Source: a virus. From it: DNA of 64,000 nt. The notes below the pieces were generated by a model. It had not been told where the DNA came from. It searched no databases and saw only the letters and a program-made list of their open reading frames with translations. Of the stretch, positions 39,861 through 47,827 are shown piece after piece. The position numbers were made by a program, and so were the translations under genes. How positions within the stretch are numbered: position 1 is the first letter of the stretch; every line of letters starts with the position of its first letter. Location: IMG/VR virus record IMGVR_UViG_3300045919_000631, positions 45,281-109,280 of that record; one strand, 5' to 3'.

Positions 39861-40688
39861 TTAATTAGTATTTAAATCAGCGAGAAGTTTTTCAACTTCA
39901 TCATCGCTATCTACAGGAGCTGTCTTTTTAGAAGCTTTTGGGGACTCTTTTACTGGCTCATTCTTTTCTTCTTCGACTTCATCCTTAACAGTAGTGCAAT
40001 AGAAGTGCTCTGCAAGCATTTGCTTAAGCTCTTCAACGCTCCTTGCCGGAATAACACCAGTTAAATCAAACACGCTGCCATAGATCTTTTCAATCTTATC
40101 TTCTGTCAAGCCCTTAATTTCACCGGGCATGGAGAACTTAGATGCAACATAAGAAGGAAACTCACCTTGCTTATCAACTTTAATTTTAAGACTAACACCT
40201 TGATTACTCAGATCAAAAATCTTTGAACCAAGCTCTTCGGCGCTCTCACCATCAATTGCATCTTGGATAACGGTCTGCAACTGCTTGCCGTAGCGTAAAA
40301 TCTTTACTGTTCCGTTATTTTCTGGCTTAACGGGATCATTAACTACATATACGTTAACAAGCCATTTTTCAGCGCGACGAATAGTTTCGGCTTTTTTCTT
40401 GGCTGTTTCATCGCCTGTGCGAATAATGCGATAACGGTCTTCAGAGATTGGATCTCTTTGATTGAATGTCTGGAGACTTAATGCTCCAACATACTCTCCT
40501 GTAGAGAAGCTTGTCCAACCGTGCTGATAATAATGGAAAAACGTCTTAGACGCATCCTTTGCTGGTAAAAGGCGTACCGTGTAGGTATTGCCTGGTTCTG
40601 TCTTTAGAAAATCACCGGCGCCGCCAGTGCTTTTATCTTGCTCAAGAGCTTTTTTAATGCTCGCGAATGCTGATGTTATGTTACTCAT
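39861..40688 (-). CDS. gp32: single-stranded DNA-binding protein, gp32
   Basis: VRLLPA, NVYVVNDPVKPENNGTVKILRYGK, IFDL..LKIK..FPSYVASKF, acidic tail. Confidence 0.93.
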   Translation of the reverse strand: MSNITSAFASIKKALEQDKSTGGAGDFLKTEPGNTYTVRLLPAKDASKTFFHYYQHGWTSFSTGEYVGALSLQTFNQRDPISEDRYRIIRTGDETAKKKAETIRRAEKWLVNVYVVNDPVKPENNGTVKILRYGKQLQTVIQDAIDGESAEELGSKIFDLSNQGVSLKIKVDKQGEFPSYVASKFSMPGEIKGLTEDKIEKIYGSVFDLTGVIPARSVEELKQMLAEHFYCTTVKDEVEEEKNEPVKESPKASKKTAPVDSDDEVEKLLADLNTN

Positions 40689-40720
40689 AAAAATTTAGAA
40701 ATATTAGAAATTAAAAATGT

Positions 40721-40748
40721 ATTATATGTTAGGTTGTTTGTTTTTCAA
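40721..40748 (-). promoter_or_regulatory. sigma70-like promoter of gp32, followed by a U-rich leader
   Basis: TTGAAA-N16-TATAAT, then 32 nt with no G before the ATG. Confidence 0.7.
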
Positions 40749-41372
40749 GAGCTCGAAAATCGTTATGCACAATTTTCGAGCTTTATTGGAAGCGTAGTAT
40801 TTAGTTCTGTAAAAATTAATGTTATCGAATAAAGTTCCAAACATTAGGTTCTTTATATCTTTGTCATATGTTGCTAGGGTTGTATCGAATTTAGGAAATG
40901 TAAAAAGTGGATATAAAATAGTGTTTCGTTCTTTAAGATGTATTAAAAATGAATGAAGACTTTCGTTTTCTTCCTTCACCAATATATAGTCTTCAAACTT
41001 AGTTTTTCTTTGTTGGCAAAACTTAAAAATGTAGAGAAAGCTGTCTTTTATTTTTTTAACTGTTTGATTATGATCAGGATTGTTGGGTAAGAAATTTGTC
41101 TCATAATTTGTATAAGCTTTTATTGCTTTTTGAGTTGTAAAAAACTTTAAATCAAAATGCTTCTCATTGTATACAAAATATGGAGCTTCTAAGAAATCTT
41201 TAATGTTAATATTTGGGAACCTATTAAAGAAATTAGTAAGCCTTGCAACGTAAACATAATCCTCTCTTTCTTCGAACCCTTCAAAATCTTTTCTATACTT
41301 AAAAGGCTGATTATTGATCTTTCTCGATATTTCGAGATAACAGTTGTAGACGTACTGCTCCTGAGTTGTCAT
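40722..41372 (-). CDS. putative helicase loader, gp59-like
   Basis: 216 aa directly upstream of gp32 as in T4; VYNCYL..FEEREDYVYVARL resembles the gp59 N-terminal pattern. Confidence 0.55.
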   Translation of the reverse strand: MTTQEQYVYNCYLEISRKINNQPFKYRKDFEGFEEREDYVYVARLTNFFNRFPNINIKDFLEAPYFVYNEKHFDLKFFTTQKAIKAYTNYETNFLPNNPDHNQTVKKIKDSFLYIFKFCQQRKTKFEDYILVKEENESLHSFLIHLKERNTILYPLFTFPKFDTTLATYDKDIKNLMFGTLFDNINFYRTKYYASNKARKLCITIFELLKNKQPNI

Positions 41373-41599
41373 TGATGAATTAGTAGAGGCATATAAGGTG
41401 CGTAAACAATACCTGGGGTTATTGGATTATTTCGACGGTATTCATAAGCTTTTCTCTCGTTTTCAATAACGTCTAATCCTGCTATAAAATTATCGTCTTG
41501 TTCAGTCATGCTTTTAGGCCCACTACAGGTCTGCCTTATCAAACTGTTAATGATTTCTTTATCAAGCTCTTTTACCCTCACCATAAACGAATCTTCCAT
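41369..41599 (-). CDS. small protein ending in a major-capsid-like motif
   Basis: C-terminal PGIVYAPYMPL resembles gp23 AGIYYAPYV. Confidence 0.55.
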   Translation of the reverse strand: MEDSFMVRVKELDKEIINSLIRQTCSGPKSMTEQDDNFIAGLDVIENERKAYEYRRNNPITPGIVYAPYMPLLIHQ

Positions 41600-41605
41600 C
41601 TCTTA

Positions 41606-41905
41606 TTAAAAGAGTTTTCCTTCTCGTCTGTTTATAACTTTCGTAATATATTTTGATTTAGTTATGGATGGTTCAAAAACGATAAATTTTCTCAGTGCTT
41701 CAAAATCGCTTGGTTCAGAAATTGATAACTTATATAAGGCTCTTAACTTTTCTTCTTGTAAAAGTTTAGTAAAAATTGTAGCAAAATTAATTTTTTTTCC
41801 GTAATATAGAAAACAAAACGTGCAAAAACTATAAAACGAATGAGCTAACTCTTCATCTTCTATGTGGGCTTGAGGCGAACGTGCTAAACTCTTTTCTTCT
41901 ATCAT
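41606..41905 (-). CDS. hypothetical protein
   Basis: 99 aa; TAAATA 6 nt before the ATG. Confidence 0.6.
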   Translation of the reverse strand: MIEEKSLARSPQAHIEDEELAHSFYSFCTFCFLYYGKKINFATIFTKLLQEEKLRALYKLSISEPSDFEALRKFIVFEPSITKSKYITKVINRREGKLF

Positions 41906-41934
41906 TTACCATATTTAGCTTGACTTTAAATAGT

Positions 41935-43263
41935 TCAACCTTTGCTAAGCATTGTAAGAGTATTACTGATTGAATTGAGATCTCCTGTGTTATTTAAACT
42001 ATCATCCTCAAGCATTGTGAGTGTATGGTAATCCATTTTAAATGTCGATTTGCCGGCGTTAGTTCCAAATCTATTCTTCATCATACCTAAATTAATTGTG
42101 CCAAGCTCTCTTTCTTCGTCATTTTGAAAGATGCTCACGAGTACATCAGCCGTGGCTGCTAAACCCATGCTCTCACTTAATGTCACAAGGCCTGGGTTAT
42201 CAATGTCATATCCAGATCGATTTAACTGAGTTGCTGATATAAATGGACATTTAAAGGTATATGTCATTGCGCGAATTTGTTCTGTTGTGCCTTTTACCCT
42301 CTCATAACTATTATTGCCTTCTGTCGCTTTTACGAGATTAACATAATCAACAACTACTGCATCAATTTTTATGCCTTTAGAAATTATGCCTTTTATGAAG
42401 CCCTGTAACTGATGAACTGTAATTGTATTTGGAGGAAACTCCTTAATAATAATTTTACCAGACTTACCATCCTTATGAATTTCATCAATTTGTTGCTTAA
42501 GTGTCTGATTTTCACTTCGTAAATCTTTGATCGGAATATGAGTTATATTTGATGCAAGTCTCTTCGCATACATTAGTTCACTCATTTCGAGAGTAATAAG
42601 CAAAACTGTCTTATTTTGCTTTGCTATGTTTGTGGCAATATTGCCTAATATAATACTCTTACCGATATTTGTCTCACCCGCAAACACATAAATTGCTCGA
42701 CCATTTGTTAAGAACCCACCACCAAGTTTCTCATCAAGCCATTTCCAGCCAGTGGATATTGTTGGCTGATCCGTGCAGATATCGTCAATTAAGGTATCAA
42801 TATCTTTATAAAGGTCAATCCCGTCATCAGTTTTGAGACTGATATTACAGCTTTGTTCAAATTTATCTAAGATAAAACTTGTATCAACTTTACCGGCTCC
42901 AATATCTTCAGCAACTTCAAGCATCGTATTATAGATAGCTCGTTCTTTAATGTATCTCTCTGTATTTTCAACTAACTCATCGTTATTAAAATTTTTATCG
43001 ATGTTTGTAAATGTGCGAAGAACAACTTTAAATGACTCCCTGGTTTCTTCAGAATTTATATAACTCTTTAATTCAGTAGCTGTAGGAACGGATCCACGCT
43101 TTACGTAGAACTCCTTAATAATATTAAAGATAGCCTTAATATTTTTGTCTTTAAAATATGAAGGTTTTAAATGCTCTAAAATTGATGATAGATATTTTTC
43201 ATCAGTTAGTGCTTTATACACTATAATTGACTCATATTCATCCAAATTCAGTTTTAACCCCAT
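41935..43263 (-). CDS. gp41: replicative DnaB-like helicase, gp41
   Basis: AGETNIGKS, ITLEMSE, IIKEFP, VVVDYVNL, SATQLNRSG, SESMGLAATAD, MKNRFG. Confidence 0.96.
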   Translation of the reverse strand: MGLKLNLDEYESIIVYKALTDEKYLSSILEHLKPSYFKDKNIKAIFNIIKEFYVKRGSVPTATELKSYINSEETRESFKVVLRTFTNIDKNFNNDELVENTERYIKERAIYNTMLEVAEDIGAGKVDTSFILDKFEQSCNISLKTDDGIDLYKDIDTLIDDICTDQPTISTGWKWLDEKLGGGFLTNGRAIYVFAGETNIGKSIILGNIATNIAKQNKTVLLITLEMSELMYAKRLASNITHIPIKDLRSENQTLKQQIDEIHKDGKSGKIIIKEFPPNTITVHQLQGFIKGIISKGIKIDAVVVDYVNLVKATEGNNSYERVKGTTEQIRAMTYTFKCPFISATQLNRSGYDIDNPGLVTLSESMGLAATADVLVSIFQNDEERELGTINLGMMKNRFGTNAGKSTFKMDYHTLTMLEDDSLNNTGDLNSISNTLTMLSKG

Positions 43264-43268
43264 ATCAA

Positions 43269-43296
43269 ATTGTAAAGTCTAATTTTAGACTGTCAA
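43269..43296 (-). promoter_or_regulatory. sigma70-like promoter of gp41
   Basis: TTGACA-N16-TACAAT-N5-ATG. Confidence 0.75.
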
Positions 43297-43974
43297 CGTC
43301 TTACCAATATATTTTGAATATTTTTCCAAAAAGTATTTTTCGCCGGCGATCCATTCAGGTGTAAACTCTCTCAGGCCAGGTGATTGATGAATTACAGGAA
43401 CATCACCGACCACAATCGATACTTTATTAAGTGAGCAATCTAGCGAGAAATTTAGGTCATAGAAATGGAACTTAGCAGGGTTTGACTCATCAAATTTTAC
43501 TGAAACTGGCAATTTTTCAATATTGATTGCAATAAAAAGACCATCAATCATAATTGCTTGATGCGGTAAAGGACCAAATGATGTATAATAATAATCATTA
43601 TACATTCCATGAGCAACACAACCTTTTTGATCTTTTCTTTCTGAGATTAAGTGCCAAAGAACTGGAGATTTGATAGTAATTGCTGATGCACCCGCAAGGC
43701 CTAAAATAGTATATTGAGACAAATATTTTTGCACTCGTTCACGTAAATCGTAACAATTTATAATAACATCATCGTGAACTAAAATAAGAGCATCAATTTG
43801 CTCATCTCGAGCTTTTTTGATCGCTTTATTATATACAACAGCTAGAGATTCTTTATTTTCTCCGTAAAAATCTACATCACGTATAAAGTTATCAGATAGA
43901 TACGGAGACTGACGCATAAAAATTGTGTCAGATAAACTCTTTTTCTGTGAAGCAATTGCAAATCTAATTCTCAT
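43285..43974 (-). CDS. GT-A fold glycosyltransferase (family 2-like)
   Basis: SLAVVYNKA..LILVHDDV..LGLAG..IDGLFIA..FDE..FHFYDLNFS..VIHQSPG. Confidence 0.85.
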   Translation of the reverse strand: MRIRFAIASQKKSLSDTIFMRQSPYLSDNFIRDVDFYGENKESLAVVYNKAIKKARDEQIDALILVHDDVIINCYDLRERVQKYLSQYTILGLAGASAITIKSPVLWHLISERKDQKGCVAHGMYNDYYYTSFGPLPHQAIMIDGLFIAINIEKLPVSVKFDESNPAKFHFYDLNFSLDCSLNKVSIVVGDVPVIHQSPGLREFTPEWIAGEKYFLEKYSKYIGKTLTV

Positions 43975-44285
43975 ATAAATTTTTTTCTATCATCCATTTC
44001 AGGCTTGTTTTGTTCAGTCCACATTGCGCACATTATATTCCATATTGCAGCTGCGGCATGGTCTTCATTTTGATCACCTTCAAACCATGAAGTTAAATGG
44101 CGCTGAGCACTGTCATAAAAAACTGAAAGCGGCATTCCATGCTTCCAATTATTTTCTCCGTATTTTCCGGCGCCTCCAACATAATGTTGCGCGACTCTTT
44201 TTAATTCTTTGTGAGGAACTAAACTTAGGCGAGGTTTACCTTTTGCGGTATCGCGTTGAGCTCCTGTTTCAAACTGCCTGTTCAT
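43971..44285 (-). CDS. dATP/dGTP diphosphohydrolase N-terminal-domain (DUF5664-like) protein
   Basis: FETGAQRD..GKPRLSLVP..GAGKYGENNWKHG..DSAQRH..EDHAAAAIWN. Confidence 0.85.
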   Translation of the reverse strand: MNRQFETGAQRDTAKGKPRLSLVPHKELKRVAQHYVGGAGKYGENNWKHGMPLSVFYDSAQRHLTSWFEGDQNEDHAAAAIWNIMCAMWTEQNKPEMDDRKKFI

Positions 44286-44763
44286 CTAAAATATCTTTAA
44301 TAGTTTTCTCAAAAACTGCATCTTTTGTTCCAAACTCATTATCAATAATAGTTGGCTCCATTTTTAAAAGCTTTTTAAAGAAACCAACACCAAGGCTATT
44401 AATTTCAGAGTTAACGTAATATTTTGAACTTACGTCTGAATAATCATTTAAGACTTTTAATATTAAACCTGATGCAATCCCTTTTCCGCTATAGCCCTTG
44501 TCAGTAACTATATAATATGTTTTAATGACGTCTGGACCTTTATGATTAAAAGAATATGCATGTAAGCCTATGATTTGATCACCATCTTTTGCTAATACAA
44601 TAGGAAATAAATCCCACCAAGATACCATATTTGGGCAACGTGACCAAATCAATCCAAACGTGTTCATTACAAATGTATCTGTGTTATCATATACAAATCT
44701 CACCATTTCAAGTTTTTCTTGTTCGGTGGGGCCAACAACATACCTAACATTAAAATCGCTCAT
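44269..44763 (-). CDS. GNAT-family acyltransferase
   Basis: IIG..YIVTDKGYSGKGIASGLI (motif A), NSLGVGFFKK (motif B). Confidence 0.8.
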   Translation of the reverse strand: MSDFNVRYVVGPTEQEKLEMVRFVYDNTDTFVMNTFGLIWSRCPNMVSWWDLFPIVLAKDGDQIIGLHAYSFNHKGPDVIKTYYIVTDKGYSGKGIASGLILKVLNDYSDVSSKYYVNSEINSLGVGFFKKLLKMEPTIIDNEFGTKDAVFEKTIKDILDEQAV

Positions 44764-45404
44764 ATCACAAAAAATGGTGAGTTCACTTTAAATTTGCCAA
44801 CTTCTTTTGTACCTTTTTCATCGAATTTATATATTAAGCCTTCTTTAATATCTTCAAATCCTTTTCCTTTAACTGACGAGAAGCTATTATTATCATAAAA
44901 TAATGTGCTCCCTTGACGCGCTAAAAATATATCAGATGTTTTGCTATTAAAAATCCATAAACCAAATGTACCTTCAAGCAGCTCTAACACTGTTGCAACA
45001 TTTTTAATAATACTTCCGCGGTGTTTTTGAAAGTGATTTAATAGTGCCGGAATAATGCTGCTGTCAACCACACCTTCATGCTCTGGTAAGTATTTCTTTT
45101 TGAGTGTTTCAAAATTTGTTAGAACACCATTGTGTGCTACAACCCAGTCACCGGCTTCAAAAGGATGTGAGTTATGTTCTCTATATACTCTTTCACTTGA
45201 AGTAGGTGCTTGATTATGACCTAAGTAAATAAATCCGTCTGGAAGATTTCGTTCATTCCAATCAAAATTGCCCGAGGTCTTATGATAATCATAAGATTCA
45301 CCATTTGAATATAAAATTCCTGAGGCGTAATTACCTCTACTTTGATTTACTTTATCAAGTATTTCAAACTTGGCTACATGAAAGCTTCCCCATATTCCGC
45401 ACAT
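44760..45404 (-). CDS. stand-alone class II (Ntn) glutamine amidotransferase domain
   Basis: N-terminal MCGI, SRG, GHNQAPT, HPF, AHNGVLTN, VDS, EGTFG. Confidence 0.9.
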   Translation of the reverse strand: MCGIWGSFHVAKFEILDKVNQSRGNYASGILYSNGESYDYHKTSGNFDWNERNLPDGFIYLGHNQAPTSSERVYREHNSHPFEAGDWVVAHNGVLTNFETLKKKYLPEHEGVVDSSIIPALLNHFQKHRGSIIKNVATVLELLEGTFGLWIFNSKTSDIFLARQGSTLFYDNNSFSSVKGKGFEDIKEGLIYKFDEKGTKEVGKFKVNSPFFVI

Positions 45405-45409
45405 TCCAT

Positions 45410-45436
45410 ATTATAAATGGTTTCCTGGAAAATCAA
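45410..45436 (-). promoter_or_regulatory. sigma70-like promoter of the GATase-GNAT-diphosphohydrolase-GT operon
   Basis: TTGATT-N15-TATAAT-N5-ATG. Confidence 0.6.
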
Positions 45437-45437
45437 G

Positions 45438-45845
45438 TTAAGGAGCGATATAAGTCACTGTCAATCCATTATAAGCAATAACTGTTGAAACAGCAATATT
45501 TGCTGTAGTTAAACTGTTAGCATTAGCGTATATATTGCATGTTGTACCTGATGTTAGCCAAAAAGTAACAAAATTAGCAGCTGCTGTACCGTTCCAAACT
45601 TGGACAGATGAAGGTATAAAAGTTGGGTTACCTGCAGATAGTGTTATTGCTCTTGTATTACCAGAACCACCACCAACACTATATGTCAAAATTGCAGTCT
45701 TAAAAAAAGATTGTGTCGCTGAAAGGCCATCATCATAGCCAAAAACAGCAGATAACTGCGGAAAATTTGTGTCTGCGCTAAGAGAGACAAATTTCATGTA
45801 CTCGACTGTGGCTATATTATCGCGGACGTTGTTAATTACTGGCAT
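45438..45845 (-). CDS. small late, probably virion, protein rich in LSA motifs
   Basis: TAAATA 7 nt before the ATG; A/T/S-rich; four LSA in 135 aa. Confidence 0.6.
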   Translation of the reverse strand: MPVINNVRDNIATVEYMKFVSLSADTNFPQLSAVFGYDDGLSATQSFFKTAILTYSVGGGSGNTRAITLSAGNPTFIPSSVQVWNGTAAANFVTFWLTSGTTCNIYANANSLTTANIAVSTVIAYNGLTVTYIAP

Positions 45846-45911
45846 ACTAAATTATTTAGTCTACGACTGTGCAATATTAAAATATTGCGTAACCATTAAA
45901 TAAATAATCAT

Positions 45912-47048
45912 ATGAATAATTTCTATAGTTGCAGCTGGGTTCAAAATACCAAAAACTTACCTAACTCTGCTGAAATGCTAGAAGAAAGCATTGCATCTGT
46001 ATTAAAAGATACAATGAAGAAAATTCAGGCAGCTAAATCAGGTGTTCCATACCGTGATGCACGACTATTCTTTTATCAATTTTTACAAGATAAGTATAAC
46101 GAAAAAATTCCTCAAGAATATAAAGACTTAGGACGCAAATTAGCAGGTAAAGAAGTGAACGCTCTTATGGGGGCTATGATGCTTGATGAAACATTGCCAA
46201 AGAATTTTATTGAAAAGATTGGCGACGAATTTAAAAAATATTCCGATGAAGAAGTGCCCGGCACGGATTATGATAGATTAAAAGCTTTTCTTAATAAAGA
46301 GGTTGGTGGGCGTGAATATCGAGGCGTTGCTCCTGGAGGTGAAAAACGCATGATGAAAGTTAATAATGAATTTGTACCTTATAAATCACCTGATGAAATT
46401 AAGTCTGCAATTACCCACACCTATGCAGAAAAAGATCTCAAAAAGGGATCGACGGGATATGAAACTTTAACACTCAATCTTGACCCAACGACGAAGTTTT
46501 CTTTTGAATCGGAGTCGCCTATGGGTACTCCAATTTATGTTGCATCAAAAAATGGTCTCAAGTTTAGAGTTACTCTAAAAGATGACCACGGTAAAGATAT
46601 TGAACTCAAAAATATTGGACCTGATGCAATTTCAAGTGTTGTCGTAACAAAACCAACAGAAAGTGAGACAGTTACTCTTCCAACACCAAATGAATATGAC
46701 GCTGAAGCACCAAAAATTGGTCGCGAAAAGTCTGTTGCTGATTTTCCAAATGGAGAACATGAAGATTGGAGCAAAGGTCCATTAGATCCTGAAGATTCTG
46801 CATATGGTCGTGAAGAAGACGCATCAGAATTTGCTAATAAAACAGATATGACAACCACTCAACACACTATGAGCGCAAGCCCAATGAACATTCAATCACT
46901 TCCTCATATTGAGATAGTATCTATTAAACCTCATAGAGAGTCTGTAAGACTCTCTCCTCAAGCAGTAAACAAACTAATGCGTGAGCAAATTCGTGCTAAG
47001 CAGCAGCACGTTTATGGCACAGAGCGTAAATACGGTCCAGGTCGCTAA
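45912..47048 (+). CDS. late hypothetical protein (possible internal head protein)
   Basis: TAAATA at 45901; 378 aa, charged. Confidence 0.6.
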   Translation: MNNFYSCSWVQNTKNLPNSAEMLEESIASVLKDTMKKIQAAKSGVPYRDARLFFYQFLQDKYNEKIPQEYKDLGRKLAGKEVNALMGAMMLDETLPKNFIEKIGDEFKKYSDEEVPGTDYDRLKAFLNKEVGGREYRGVAPGGEKRMMKVNNEFVPYKSPDEIKSAITHTYAEKDLKKGSTGYETLTLNLDPTTKFSFESESPMGTPIYVASKNGLKFRVTLKDDHGKDIELKNIGPDAISSVVVTKPTESETVTLPTPNEYDAEAPKIGREKSVADFPNGEHEDWSKGPLDPEDSAYGREEDASEFANKTDMTTTQHTMSASPMNIQSLPHIEIVSIKPHRESVRLSPQAVNKLMREQIRAKQQHVYGTERKYGPGR

Positions 47049-47827
47049 GGTGCAATTTCTTTGCACTTATTTTTCTTATAGACCTTATCTATCTCTTTTT
47101 GTTGCAAATACTTGATCGGATCTTTGTATTTTGCATCAATAAAGCCTTTTAATCGTAGAGCACTCGATGGCGTCTCAGCATCTGCTAGTCCATCATCTCT
47201 TTGTGAATAGCAAGTCCATGTATTTGCAAAGTTCACTCCCATTTCAACACCAATCTTAACAATATCTGCTTTACTTTTGTCTAGAAGAGGAGCTTCAATT
47301 GAAATCTTATGTTGCCTATTAAGACCAACAACAACATTCATTGAATTTACAAAGTTTGTATCTCCATCCCAGTAGCCAGCCAACGAGTCTGCTTGAGCAG
47401 CACCGTACCAAACTTTATCAATTCCATTTGCTTCAGCATATGAACATGCAATTGATAAAAACATCATATTTCTATATGGAACATATGACTTTGGCTGTGC
47501 TTCACCGGCTATATCTTTAATATTTGGTGTTGCAATATCGTTATTTGTCAGTGACGACACAGGTGCTATGTCCTTAATGTAAGAAACATCAATAACTTTG
47601 CGGTATGTCATCACATTTGAATATAATCCTCGTAGCTCTTCTAGTTGCTGTTTTACACATTCAAGTTCTCTTTTGTGGCGCTGACCATAATCAAAAGAAA
47701 GGGTATAAATTTCTTTATACCCATTGCGAATTGCTAAGTGTAGCAATACTGAAGAATCCATTCCTCCACTAAATGCTAATACCAATTTCTTAGACATTCC
47801 CAATTTTACAATAGTTCCTATACTCAT
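47045..47827 (-). CDS. queC: QueC-like PP-loop ATP pyrophosphatase lacking three zinc ligands
   Basis: FSGGMDS, FDYGQRH..E, SYVPYRN..FLS, APL..SKADIV, TWTCY; CGxCxxC replaced by DAETPSS. Confidence 0.88.
   Translation of the reverse strand: MSIGTIVKLGMSKKLVLAFSGGMDSSVLLHLAIRNGYKEIYTLSFDYGQRHKRELECVKQQLEELRGLYSNVMTYRKVIDVSYIKDIAPVSSLTNNDIATPNIKDIAGEAQPKSYVPYRNMMFLSIACSYAEANGIDKVWYGAAQADSLAGYWDGDTNFVNSMNVVVGLNRQHKISIEAPLLDKSKADIVKIGVEMGVNFANTWTCYSQRDDGLADAETPSSALRLKGFIDAKYKDPIKYLQQKEIDKVYKKNKCKEIAP

Noticed and set aside
45803-45878. Imperfect direct repeat CGACTGTG..ATATTA
   Set aside because: Short and imperfect; compatible with chance
43971-47827. Calling a canonical 7-deazaguanine or Z-genome pathway
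   Set aside because: No folE, queD, queE, dpdA or purZ in the window and the QueC is atypical; they could still lie outside the window
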